Positions 1 to 9,850 of a stretch of 64,000 nucleotides of DNA are shown here, one piece after another (the first letter of the stretch is position 1; the number at the start of each line of letters is the position of its first letter). The DNA lies in NCBI GenBank assembly GCA_965222425.1, contig CBDCTW010000023.1, positions 129,902 to 193,901 of the forward strand. Reading direction: 5' to 3'. This stretch comes from Candidatus Marinacidobacterales bacterium (GTDB lineage: Bacteria; Acidobacteriota; Vicinamibacteria; Marinacidobacterales; DATDRI01). The translations under genes were made by a program, and so were the position numbers. A model generated the notes under the pieces. That model did not search any database and was not told the DNA's origin. It worked only from the letters and a program-made list of their open reading frames with translations.

Positions 1-1
1 G

Positions 2-166
2 TCCTACCACCGACCATCTAGGAGATCGAGTGTGGCGCTGAAGAGCGACATATCGCTCAAGGCGTTGCCACCGGGAAGCTACACTCTGCGCGCCCGGGTC
101 ACCGACGAGAACACGGAGCAGGTTGCGGAGCGGGACGCTGATTTTACGGTGACGGTTTCTCGTTAA
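2..166 (+). CDS. 3' end of an upstream gene running in from the window edge (C-terminal ~54 codons, product unknown)
   Basis: Open frame from position 2 to TAA at 164-166 (...RVTDENTEQVAERDADFTVTVSR*). No recognisable family from this short tail. Confidence 0.3.
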   Translation, partial: SYHRPSRRSSVALKSDISLKALPPGSYTLRARVTDENTEQVAERDADFTVTVSR

Positions 167-254
167 CGAAGCTGGCTTCCATCCCTTATTCCCTCTCCCT
201 TTGTGTATAGACCGGAGAGAAAGGTAACAACCGTACGGAGACCTGGGTGACACT

Positions 255-1439
255 TTGGGGCATGCTACCACCTGGACAACAGGAGGTGGAATGCCCTGGA
301 AAGTGTGTGACGCCATGAGTTTGCGACGAGAGTTTGTGGAGTTTGCCGAGTCTCCGGAGGTGAACTTCACGGAGTTGTGCCGTCGTTACGACATCAGTCG
401 AAAGAGCGGCTACAAATGGATGGAGCGCTACCGGAAGTTCGGGTTGAAGGGCTTGGAGGATCACAGTCGTCGCCCCAGGATTAGTCCTCGGCGTAGTCCC
501 GCGAAGCTGGAGAAAGCGGTGGTGGCGTTGAGAGGTCGGCATCCGTGCTGGGGTGGTCGGAAGATTCGTCGTCGGCTCTTGGATCAGGGCTGGCCGGAGG
601 AGGAGTTGTGTGCGGCGAGCACGATCACGGAGATCTTGCGCCGCCACGGCTTGCTGGAAGCTCCATCGAGCTCGGCTCCGAGTAGTTGGAAGCGATTCGA
701 GGCGTCTGAGCCGAACGAGCTTTGGCAGATGGATTTCAAGGGGCACTTCGAAACGGGGGAAGGTCGCTGCCATCCCTTGACGGTGCTGGACGATCGATCG
801 CGGTTCTCGCTGAACTTGACGGCTTGCTCGAACGAGCAGCGCAAAACGGTCCAGCGTCGTCTGACACAAGTGTTTCGCTGCTATGGCTTGCCGTGGCGGA
901 TGCTGATGGACAACGGCTCGCCTTGGGGCTCCGATGCGCAGCGTCAATATACGCTGCTGACAGCCTGGCTGATATGTCTTGGTATCAAGCCGATTCATTC
1001 TCGGCCGTTTCATCCGCAAACGGTTGGAAAGGACGAACGGTTCCACCGAACGCTGAAGGCCGAGCTGGTAAGTCGTCGACGGTTCCGAAACCTTGACGAT
1101 TGCCAGCAGCAGTTCGACTCCTGGCGGACGGTCTACAACTTCGAAAGACCACATGAGTCCTTGGACATGAGAACGCCCTCGGCAGTCTACGAACCCAGCC
1201 CAAGGAGCTTCCCCGAGACGCTTCCGCCCATCGAGTACGGGCCAGAAGATCATGTTCGGAAAGTCGACGTCCATGCTCGCGTATCTTTCAAGGGCAGGCT
1301 GGTCCGCATTGGCAGAGCCTTCATCGGCGAACACGTGGCGCAGAGACACACGACAACCGATGGGCTGTTCGACGTCTACTACTGTCATCACAGGATTCGG
1401 CAAGTGAACCTCACCACGGTCGATTTTGAGCCTGAGTGA
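255..1439 (+). CDS. IS481-family DDE transposase/integrase (394 aa ORF; start may be ATG 291 or 315 rather than TTG 255)
   Basis: N-terminal HTH region (EFVEFAESPEVNFTELCRRYDISRKSGYKWMERYRKFG) followed by an rve integrase core (WQMDFKGHF...LMDNGSPW...RPFHPQTVGKDERFHRTLKAE). This is the typical IS481 arrangement. Element ends were not identified. Confidence 0.85.
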   Translation: MGHATTWTTGGGMPWKVCDAMSLRREFVEFAESPEVNFTELCRRYDISRKSGYKWMERYRKFGLKGLEDHSRRPRISPRRSPAKLEKAVVALRGRHPCWGGRKIRRRLLDQGWPEEELCAASTITEILRRHGLLEAPSSSAPSSWKRFEASEPNELWQMDFKGHFETGEGRCHPLTVLDDRSRFSLNLTACSNEQRKTVQRRLTQVFRCYGLPWRMLMDNGSPWGSDAQRQYTLLTAWLICLGIKPIHSRPFHPQTVGKDERFHRTLKAELVSRRRFRNLDDCQQQFDSWRTVYNFERPHESLDMRTPSAVYEPSPRSFPETLPPIEYGPEDHVRKVDVHARVSFKGRLVRIGRAFIGEHVAQRHTTTDGLFDVYYCHHRIRQVNLTTVDFEPE

Positions 1440-1672
1440 CACGAAAACCATGTCCGGGGCGATGTGCTGGGCAAACGGCTTGCGAGAATGCCTTCAGAGA
1501 CGATCGTTCGGGGTGGGCCATACCTGGGGTACCCCCTCAAATGCCAACTTACGTCCGAGCAGAATCCTTCGCGAGCACAAACGAGGCTTCGCGTCTTCTT
1601 CACTTCACTCGCTCCGGCTCTGCTCGGACGAAATCCGAACCCTTGACCAGACAACCCAGGACTGTAACCTAT

Positions 1673-1700
1673 GAACCGCCCCGGGTTTTCCGGAGAGTGT
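1673..1700. repeat. IS3-family left terminal inverted repeat
   Basis: Near-identical (one indel) to the reverse complement of 2960-2987. Confidence 0.75.
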
Positions 1701-1701
1701 T

Positions 1702-2937
<1,236 letters not shown>

Positions 2938-2959
2938 GACTCCATCCTCTCAAGAGTTG

Positions 2960-2987
2960 GAGTCTCCGGGAAACCCGGGGCGGTTCA
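2960..2987. repeat. IS3-family right terminal inverted repeat; its terminal TGA supplies the stop codon of the truncated group II intron ORF
   Basis: Reverse complement matches 1673-1700. The stop of minus-strand ORF 2985..3224 lies inside the IR. Confidence 0.75.
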
Positions 2988-3999
2988 GTCTAGACGGCGC
3001 AGGACGGATGGTGTCTGACAGAACTGGTAGTAGCCTTTCCATCCGACTAGATACCCGTTGAGTCGTTTCACCACGTCGTCCACGCTTCTCCCCGTGCTCC
3101 GACTGGTCAAGCTTCGAACCCGTACCCGGAATCGCTGTTGAGACAGTGGTGCAATACACCGTTTGCTCAACATGCCACTCGTCAGGCGAAAGCCCAGAAA
3201 CTTCCGTCGCTGCCGTCGGTCCACCGTGCTCTTTTGTTAGTTGACCTGGAGACGAAGCTTTCTGGTGATGAATCGGCTGATGCCCTCCATCACTCGCTGT
3301 CCCGCTCTTTCGCTGCGAACGTAGATGTTGCAATCGTCCGCGTATCGACACAAGCGGTGACCTCGACGCTCCGGCTCTTGGTCCAACTCGTCGAGCACAA
3401 GGTTCGACAGAAGCGGCGACAAAAGTCCACCTTGCGGTGTACCTTCGTTCGTCGGACTCACTAGCCCAGCGTCCATCACCCCTGCGTTCAACAACGCCCG
3501 GATGAGTTTCAGCACTCGCTTATCTTGAACCCTTTCCGCTACCCGGCTCATCAAGGGGTCGTGGTTGACCCGGTCAAAGAACTTTTCCAGGTTGATGTCC
3601 ACTACCCAGTCGTAGCCGTCACGAATATATCGTTGGGCTGCGGCTACTGCTTGGTGCGCGTTGCGGTTCGGACGAAAGCCATAGCTGTGTTCCGAGAAAC
3701 TTCCGTCCCATTGTTCCTGAAGCACTTGATGTAGCGCTTGTTGTATAAATCGATCCAGTACTGTCGGAATACCCAGTTGTCGCGTTCCTCCCCCGTCCGG
3801 TTTCGGTATCTCCTTGCGGAGTACCGGCTGGGGGCGGTAGCGGCCAGCGAGCAGTTGTTCGCGGAGTTTCGGCCAGTGTTTCCGGAGATGAACCCCGGAG
3901 TCTGGCGACGCTCATTCTGTCGACGCCCGGGCTGCCCTTGTTGGCTTGGACTCGCTCCAGTGCCTTCCTCAAGTTCTCTCGGCTCAGTACCTCCTCCAT
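2985..3999 (-). pseudogene. Group II intron-encoded reverse transcriptase/maturase, disrupted (frameshift ~3890, TAA nonsense at 3237-3239, C-terminus truncated by IS3 IR)
   Basis: Pieces read LMEEVLSRENLRKALERVQANKGSPGVDRMSV / HLRKHWPKLREQLLAGRYRPQPVLRKEIPKPDGGGTRQLGIPTVLDRFIQQALHQVLQ...RYADDCNIYVRSERAGQRV...KLRLQVN*QKSTVDRRQRRKFLGF...GWKGYYQFCQTPSVLRRLD. YADD motif and RT0-7 / X-domain order are present. Confidence 0.8.
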
Positions 4000-4560
4000 C
4001 AGTTGGTCTTCCGCCAGGCTTTCGTTGCCGTCCTTCGCCGTGAGCGATTCGGTCCCTTCCAATCCCTCGCGTCGGGCTTCACCCTCTTCGACGAGCTCGA
4101 AGGCCAGCTCTAGCTGGTCTTTCTGCCGTTTGTCGTTCACGAGATAAGACTCCCTACTTGCCGGTCGTTTACCCTCTCCTCTTCGGAGCGGGCACCGTTC
4201 GGGCCTTCGGTCAGCACCATTGCCCACCTAATATGCCCTCTGCTGACTCTTGCTTCCCGTTCGGCTCCCCTCTCGGTTCGCTCAGTCTCTTGCGAGACAG
4301 GCCGCAGGCCTCCCGGGGTAAGCTCAACTGCTTTCCGCGCACAACCGCCGGATATACGCACATGGTTCTTGATGGATATGGACTTCGCGATAGATGGCTC
4401 GCTCGTCCAGCCATGCGCGCCTCCGATCCGGTTCTTGTACATCGGCTCACGCGTTTGCTCCACGCTTCCTTCAGACAAGCCCTCGCGAACTTGCCCTTGC
4501 GCTTCGCTACTCTTCACCTCCATCAGGTTGAGGGAGGACTGTCACCTCCAAGCTGTTGAG
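2988..4560 (-). mobile_element. Group II intron remnant (5' boundary approximate; 3' domains V/VI apparently replaced by the IS3 insertion)
   Basis: Contains a reverse-transcriptase/maturase ORF with structured GC-rich RNA-like sequence upstream of it, and starts just downstream of a terminator-like hairpin. No domain V was recognisable between the IEP stop and the IS3. Confidence 0.55.
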
Positions 4561-4570
4561 CATGCCCAGC

Positions 4571-4609
4571 ATACCACCCAGGCCCTCTCCCAAAGGGAGA
4601 GGGAGTAGA
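4571..4609. repeat. ~40-nt repeat element with a perfect 9-bp-stem hairpin CCCTCTCCC-AAA-GGGAGAGGG (copy A), 23 nt downstream of the LOG-gene stop; likely factor-independent terminator/REP-like element
   Basis: Near-identical copy at 62142-62180 (ACCACCC(C)AG(G)CCCTCTCCCAAAGGGAGAGGGAGTA(G/A)AGGA). Both copies lie just 3' of minus-strand genes. Confidence 0.6.
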
Positions 4610-4626
4610 GGAGGGAAGCCAACCAT

Positions 4627-5670
4627 CTAATCGAATGCGTTAATGCTATCGATGAGCTGGCGGAGCCTTCCGAAGTTTCTGCGGTTGAAATCGAGCTGAA
4701 TGCGAGAGAGCTTCCGGAGCGCGGGACCTTTTTCTTCTTGGGGCAAAATGGGAGCCGTTTCAATTCGGCCCGAGCTTAAAATGTCCGCAAAGGAATGATT
4801 CAAACCGTCCAGCTCCTTACCGCTGAGCACACGCTGCAGCCGAATCAGCAGTCGACCTCCCACGTAGCGAGACGAATGGTAGAGACGATAGAAGCGGAGA
4901 GTCTCTTTGCAGGCCGCCTTCGGATTCGGCACCACCTTGAACAGTGATGTGTCTTCTGCGGACACCAGCCCGCCCGCCACCATGCGCTTCTCGACAAACC
5001 CCTGTAGTTCGCGGAAGTAACCCGTCTCCGGACTTTCTACCATGACTACCGGAATGGGAGTCTGTTTGCCGGTTTGTAGTAGGGTTAAAACCTCGAACGT
5101 TTCGTCAAGTGTGCCAAAACCCCCTGGAAACAACGCCACGGCAGAGGACTCCTTCAACAGAAAGAGTTTACGAGTAAAGAAGTATCGAAGCGTGAGGAGT
5201 TTTCGATCGCCGCGGATGGTCCGGTTGGCCTGTTGCTCGAAGGGCAGTCGGATATTGACCCCGAAGCTCATGTCGCGTCCCGCCCCCCGGTGCGCGGCGC
5301 CCATGATGCCGCTGCCCGCGCCGGTCACGACCATCCATCCTGCCTCCGCCATGCGACGGCCTAGCTCCTCGGCGCGCTCGTAATCTGGCTGGCCCCGCTC
5401 GGTGCGAGCAGAGCCGAACACCGTGACCTTGTGGACCCGGCGATACGGCGTGAACATCTTGAACGCGGAGCGCATTTCCTTCAGCGCCGCGTTCGCCATC
5501 TTGAGATCGCCGCGTTTGGCCTTCTCGATGCCAAGCTTCAAGGCACTGGTGGCAATCTGCAGCACGTGGTCCTTTTCGCGCCCGGTACAGATGGCGCCCA
5601 CCAGCTCCTCGAGCTTTGCATCTAGCTCGGGACGACCGGTTGAATAGCGCGGTTTCTTCCTGGCCTTCAT
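4627..5670 (-). CDS. LOG-family (TIGR00730) nucleotide 5'-monophosphate nucleosidase, PpnN-like architecture with N- and C-terminal extensions
   Basis: GAGSGIMGA and PGGFGTLDE LOG motifs, with ~80 aa N-terminal and ~120 aa C-terminal extra domains as in E. coli PpnN/YgdH. Start placed at MKARKKPRY (5670), which overlaps the upstream permease stop by 2 nt; the 412-aa ORF-track start is probably too long. Confidence 0.7.
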   Translation of the reverse strand: MKARKKPRYSTGRPELDAKLEELVGAICTGREKDHVLQIATSALKLGIEKAKRGDLKMANAALKEMRSAFKMFTPYRRVHKVTVFGSARTERGQPDYERAEELGRRMAEAGWMVVTGAGSGIMGAAHRGAGRDMSFGVNIRLPFEQQANRTIRGDRKLLTLRYFFTRKLFLLKESSAVALFPGGFGTLDETFEVLTLLQTGKQTPIPVVMVESPETGYFRELQGFVEKRMVAGGLVSAEDTSLFKVVPNPKAACKETLRFYRLYHSSRYVGGRLLIRLQRVLSGKELDGLNHSFADILSSGRIETAPILPQEEKGPALRKLSRIQLDFNRRNFGRLRQLIDSINAFD

Positions 5671-7016
5671 ATCAGCAAGTACCTTATCAGGAAGCAGGTG
5701 GCAATGACATGCACTCCCCAGTGTAGCGACTTCGCCTTTCCACTTGCCAAATAGAGCACCGAGGTAGAGATGAATCCGAACGAGATGCCCTCGGTGATAT
5801 TCGTCGTGAGCGACATCATAACTACGGTGAGGAACGCGGGAATCGCCTGGAGGGGATCGTTCCAAGCGATATCACCGATCCCGTGCATCATAAAGACTCC
5901 GATCAGAATGAGCGCCGGCGCTAGAATTGGGTAGAGCACGACTCCCCCACCAACATCGAAGCCCGCCCCGACTACCTCGACGAGAGGACGGAAGAAAATC
6001 GAGCCCGCGAGGAGCGCCGCCGTTACCAGCGCCGCAAAGCCTGTTTTCCCTCCTGCCGCCACTCCTGCCGCGCTCTCGACGTAGCTCGTTACCGTCGACG
6101 TCCCCAAGAGCGATCCCGCGACAGTTCCCACCGCGTCTGCCGTCAGCGCTTGGCGGGCGCGAGGAAGCTCACCGTTCACCATGAACCCGGCTCTTTGACT
6201 CACGCCGATTAACGTGCCGACGGTGTCGAAGAGATCCACAAAGAAAAAGACAAAAACGACGGACAGGAAATCCGCGTGCCGAAAGAGGCCTCCAAAGTCG
6301 AGAGCAAACAGCGTCGGAGCGATCGAAGGCGGCCACGCAACGAGTCCCTGGAGCTGGACCAAACCGGTCAAAGCCGCGAGTAGCGTGGTCACGAGAATCC
6401 CAACGACCAATGCAGCGGACACCCGGGCAACCGTCAGCACCGCCATGACCGTGAGGCCGAACAAGGTCAAGAGGACGGGTGGCTCTCCGAGGCCCCCCAG
6501 ACCGATGTAGAGCCCCGGGCGAGTAACCAGCAGGCCACCCCATCGCAACCCCACCACCGCAATGAGCAGCCCGATCCCAACCGCAATGCTGGTTTTCAGG
6601 TGCGCGGGTACGAGCGTGATGATGCGGGCCCGTAGCCCCCACAAGGAGGCTACGAGGAAGATGCTTCCCGATACGAACACCCCGGCCAAGGCCGCCTGCC
6701 AACTGTAACCGAGCCCGCCCGCTGCGATAGGACCGCAGACGGTGATGGCGAAAAAGAAGTTGTGCCCCATTCCCGGCGCCAAAGCGATGGGATAGTTCGC
6801 GTGGAATGCCATCCAGACTGTAGCGAGCGCCGAGGCGAGGCACGTCGCCATCATCACCGCACCCGCATCCATCCCCGCAGCGGCAAGTACGGCGGGATTG
6901 ACCAAAATGATGTAGGACAGCGCCATATAGGTGCTCACACCGGCTATGATTTCGGTTCGGACCGAGCTACCTGCCGCCGAAACGCCGAAAAAGCGAGCCA
7001 ACCGTTCAATTATCAT
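5667..7016 (-). CDS. NCS2/AzgA-family purine (adenine/guanine/hypoxanthine) permease
   Basis: About 450-aa polytopic membrane protein with N-terminus MIIERLARFFGVSAAGSSVRTEIIAGVSTYMALSYIILVNPAVL, typical of AzgA/PbuG permeases. Start placed at Met-8 of the ORF. Confidence 0.8.
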   Translation of the reverse strand: MIIERLARFFGVSAAGSSVRTEIIAGVSTYMALSYIILVNPAVLAAAGMDAGAVMMATCLASALATVWMAFHANYPIALAPGMGHNFFFAITVCGPIAAGGLGYSWQAALAGVFVSGSIFLVASLWGLRARIITLVPAHLKTSIAVGIGLLIAVVGLRWGGLLVTRPGLYIGLGGLGEPPVLLTLFGLTVMAVLTVARVSAALVVGILVTTLLAALTGLVQLQGLVAWPPSIAPTLFALDFGGLFRHADFLSVVFVFFFVDLFDTVGTLIGVSQRAGFMVNGELPRARQALTADAVGTVAGSLLGTSTVTSYVESAAGVAAGGKTGFAALVTAALLAGSIFFRPLVEVVGAGFDVGGGVVLYPILAPALILIGVFMMHGIGDIAWNDPLQAIPAFLTVVMMSLTTNITEGISFGFISTSVLYLASGKAKSLHWGVHVIATCFLIRYLLI

Positions 7017-7638
7017 CTGGCATCTTCTGCATTCCATGGAAGCCGGGGAGCAGCGCTAGAACGACCGCACAGCGCGCGAGCCGCGGTTTCCAGTACTGTC
7101 TTGCCTTCCTTCGCGCTCGTCATCGTGTTGCCTAGGTCGACCCGAGCAGCCCACTGCCCCCAACTCTCTAGAGACTTGGCATGAGCACCCGATTCGGTGT
7201 GAACCGGCTCACTGTGTAACAAGAGTCGCTTCTCGAGATCGCGGACGAGCTCGCTTACCTTCCGCGAACCACCACGAACTCCCTTTACATGTTTTACAAG
7301 GTCGCTCCGAAGAGGCCCTTCGCGCTCCAGCCGTTCGAGAAAGGACAGCGCAGCCCGGGAGAGCCGTCCAAGCTCCCAATCCGCGCGGGAAATACCGACC
7401 GCAGTCGGCGATGGACAAAGGTTACCTTGTTCTTCACAAGCTTGACGCTCGTGACGTCAGGATGGTCGGCGAGTTTCTCACTGACTTCAAAGATCTCCTT
7501 CCCCCGCGCGTGCCCCCACCACGAGCCACGGACCGGCTTGCCCGCGACCAGCCCGGCCACGCTGGGCCAATCAACATCCGTAAGCAGAACAAGCCCTACC
7601 TTCTCGAGCCTCCGAAAAACGAGCGCGTAATTACCCAC
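7013..7638 (-). pseudogene. Fragmented hypothetical gene (three overlapping minus-strand ORF pieces, no family recognised)
   Basis: ORFs 7294..7638, 7209..7418 and 7013..7222 occupy different frames of the same strand. The coding signal is weak. Could be a decayed gene or indel errors. Confidence 0.25.
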
Positions 7639-7817
7639 TGTTCCGCCGCCTCAGAAGACCAGGGGCTCTCGTGGAATCACGGCACGGTACGCTCAGGCCA
7701 TCATTCAGGTCGACTCCAGTTCTACCGGGAGCTCCGACCACTTACGCGACCACGGCCAGGACGGCCCCAGCTGCTGCGGAAGCAGCTGGGAGACAGGCCC
7801 ATTTCAGGACTTGCTTG

Positions 7818-7854
7818 TCTTGTGCTAGCATACGCTGCTTGTGCTAGGGCATGA
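7818..7854 (+). promoter_or_regulatory. Candidate rpsT promoter region with duplicated TTGTGCTAG motif (extended -10-like TGcTAGCAT / TGcTAGGGCAT)
   Basis: CTTGTGCTAGCATACGCTGCTTGTGCTAGGGCATGAG lies 45-80 nt upstream of the rpsT start. It resembles the GTGCTAATATGAG motif found upstream of leuS and dapE. Confidence 0.35.
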
Positions 7855-7895
7855 GCGCCCTGGTGCCGAGATGAAATTTACGAAGGAGGTAATCA

Positions 7896-8177
7896 TTGGC
7901 TCATAGTCGTTCGGCGGAGAAACGCATCCGTCAAAACGAGAAACTCCGACTCCGCCACCGTTCCGATCGCTCTCGGTTGCGCGGCGATATCAAGAAGCTC
8001 CGCGAGGTGATCGCCAACGAGGACACGGATAGTGTCGATAAGGCCCGTCAGCTTCTTTCGAGCACGACTTCCCTGATCGATCGGATGGTCAAGAAGGGTA
8101 TCATTCACGAGAATACCGGTTCTCGCTACAAGTCACGCCTCGCCAAGCTCGTCGCAACATCCGGGAGCGGCGTCTGA
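7896..8177 (+). CDS. rpsT: 30S ribosomal protein S20
   Basis: MAHSRSAEKRIRQNEKLRLRHRSDRSRLR...KGIIHENTGSRYKSRLAKL. TTG start preceded by AGGAGG at 7884-7889; E. coli rpsT also uses UUG. Confidence 0.9.
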   Translation: MAHSRSAEKRIRQNEKLRLRHRSDRSRLRGDIKKLREVIANEDTDSVDKARQLLSSTTSLIDRMVKKGIIHENTGSRYKSRLAKLVATSGSGV

Positions 8178-8223
8178 CGCAATCGATAGTGGCACGACAT
8201 TTTTTGACGCCCGTAGTCTTCCT
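8166..8223. repeat. 57-nt conserved element, copy 1 (overlaps the last rpsT codons; between convergent rpsT and holA)
   Basis: CGGCGTCTGACGCAATCGATAGTGGCACGACATTTTTTGACGCCCGTAGTCTTCC is ~87 % identical, in the same orientation, to 33277-33333. Confidence 0.7.
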
Positions 8224-8231
8224 TAACAAGG

Positions 8232-9305
8232 CTACCGGCGAGACGGAATAACGGCTGGAAGCCCGCTTCGATTACCGACCGACTTCCCCGCCCCGCAAAC
8301 CGAGAGCACGAAGCCCTCGAGTATCAAACGCGCCGGGGTTCCGCTGCTCTTCAACTGACGATCGCAGCGTGCCAAGCCCTCGATGGCGTCCAACAGTTCC
8401 TGCTCCAGATAGCGGTCCGACCAGCGAGCGATGTTGTCCGCAGCCCTGGGTGGCACCCGCAGAACTTTCATCAGCTGGCCGCTACGGCCCCTCCCCGCTC
8501 CAAACTCCTTAGCTACAAGGAGCTGACCCAACACGCGATCGAGCAGCGCGAGGATCCGCAAAGCCGGCTCGCCCTCGTCCAGCAACCGCCCCAACTGTTT
8601 GAGGGCAACCGCCGCTTGACGAGACGCGACGGCATCGGTGAACTTGAAGATGCTCTGCGCCTTCCCTCGTCCCAGCAAAGACGCAAGCTCTTGCCCATCC
8701 AGTCTCTGTGTGCCGGCGTAGAGCGAGATCTTCTCGAGCTCGCCGAGCTGGCGTCGCAGGTCCGAGCCGAACTCGCTGGCCAAGTATCGAATCGCTTCGG
8801 CGTCCAAAGGGAGCTTCCGATCACGTGCTTGCTCGGCAACCCAATCCTCGATTTCCCATTCTTTGAGGGAGTCACACTGCACAACCGTGACTCGTTTTTC
8901 GATTTCCTTCCAGGCCTTTCGTCGGCCATCGGGAGAGCTCTCGAGCTCCATCACCAGCACCGTCTGTGGCGACGGATCCTTCAAGTAACCGACGAGTGCC
9001 TCCGCCTGTGCTCCCTCGACCAGCCGCTTGGCCCTCCTGACGACGAGAACACGGTGTTGCCCACTCCCCCCCGTCAGTCCCAACAGGGGTAGCGTATTCG
9101 CCGCCATGACTAGCGACTCCGCCGAAGTCTTCTCCCCGTCGAACCGCTCCAGGTTGAACTCGTCCGCGGTGTCGCCTAGAGCGGTCTTCCGGATTTCGCC
9201 GAGCGCCAGCTCGCGGAGCAGATCCTGATCACCGCGCAGGACATATGCCGCTGCTAACTTCCCGGACGCTAAATGCTTGTCTAGCTGCGAGTAGGCGAGC
9301 TTCAA
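8232..9305 (-). CDS. holA: DNA polymerase III subunit delta
   Basis: 357 aa with N-terminus MKLAYSQLDKHLASGKLAAAYVLRGDQDLL and clamp-loader delta-like features. Sits in the conserved leuS-lptE-holA context. Confidence 0.8.
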   Translation of the reverse strand: MKLAYSQLDKHLASGKLAAAYVLRGDQDLLRELALGEIRKTALGDTADEFNLERFDGEKTSAESLVMAANTLPLLGLTGGSGQHRVLVVRRAKRLVEGAQAEALVGYLKDPSPQTVLVMELESSPDGRRKAWKEIEKRVTVVQCDSLKEWEIEDWVAEQARDRKLPLDAEAIRYLASEFGSDLRRQLGELEKISLYAGTQRLDGQELASLLGRGKAQSIFKFTDAVASRQAAVALKQLGRLLDEGEPALRILALLDRVLGQLLVAKEFGAGRGRSGQLMKVLRVPPRAADNIARWSDRYLEQELLDAIEGLARCDRQLKSSGTPARLILEGFVLSVCGAGKSVGNRSGLPAVIPSRR

Positions 9306-9307
9306 AC

Positions 9308-9850
9308 TTAGAAGGCCTCGAGGATACGGCTTACGAGCGTCTTCGCGAATTCCTCCGCCACTCGCTCGATCGCCATCCCCGACTGGTCGAAGAAGTCCTC
9401 GGACTCCTCACCGATCTCCCAGGACTCCCGCATGCGGAAATTCTCGTCCTCCCAGATCATGGAGCTGTCCAGAAGATCTTTAAACTCTACCTTGGCTTGG
9501 ATGACCAGCGAGTAGCGAGTGGCTTCGTTGGCCGTGACCTGGTTCACGCCTCCACGAAGGGTCTCTGGAGCAACGGTAAAAGACAGGACCGTGCCGTTCA
9601 ATACCGCATCGGCCCCGGCCTCTTCTGCTTGGATGACGTACTTCCCCCGCGACGCGAACTCCTCGATGACTTTTTCAGTAAATACCTCCGCGACGCCGGG
9701 TTGAGTGGATACGTTGACGAACGTCGGGATGCTTATCGTGTGAATGTGATCGGGCAGAAAGGAGCCCCGCCCCGCCAGGCTATAGCCGCAGGCCGAGGAG
9801 AGAAACAGCAGTCCCACCGTAACCCACTTCAACCTGCGAGGTCGTATCAT
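9308..9850 (-). CDS. lptE: LPS-assembly lipoprotein LptE
   Basis: Lipoprotein signal (LLFLSSAC), ~180 aa, located between leuS and holA as in many diderms. Confidence 0.7.
   Translation of the reverse strand: MIRPRRLKWVTVGLLFLSSACGYSLAGRGSFLPDHIHTISIPTFVNVSTQPGVAEVFTEKVIEEFASRGKYVIQAEEAGADAVLNGTVLSFTVAPETLRGGVNQVTANEATRYSLVIQAKVEFKDLLDSSMIWEDENFRMRESWEIGEESEDFFDQSGMAIERVAEEFAKTLVSRILEAF

Noticed and set aside
212-234. IS481 terminal inverted repeats
   Set aside because: A TGTGTATAGACCGGAGAGAAAGG candidate at the left end has only a weak partner near 1590-1610. That is not convincing enough to annotate the element boundaries.
186-1451. 421-aa minus-strand ORF antisense to the IS481 transposase
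   Set aside because: Arg/Pro-rich antisense frame typical of high-GC DNA, no homology signal, and it fully overlaps a well-supported transposase. The same reasoning applies to ORFs 5927..6184, 6169..6843, 10474..11053, 15622..16125, 27524..28837, 33423..34397, 35675..36409 and 45278..45817.
1440-1672. Remaining 3' part of the group II intron (domains V/VI) on the far side of the IS3
   Set aside because: A GAGC...-rich segment is present, but no convincing 34-nt domain V hairpin with an AGC triad and GNRA loop could be folded by eye, and there is no TSD linking the two flanks. Left as unresolved.
7411-7854. 147-aa plus-strand ORF upstream of rpsT
   Set aside because: Pro/Arg-rich, no family resemblance, and it overlaps the rpsT promoter region. 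The minus-strand fragments are weak too, so the 7013-7638 locus is reported only as fragmented or uncertain.
8185-8215. Sigma54 (-24/-12) promoter reading of TGGCACGACATTTTTTGAC in the 57-nt element
   Set aside because: GG is present at -24, but the GC at -12 is not correctly spaced (TGGCAC-N5-TTTT instead of TTGC). Without the -12 element a sigma54 call is not supported.
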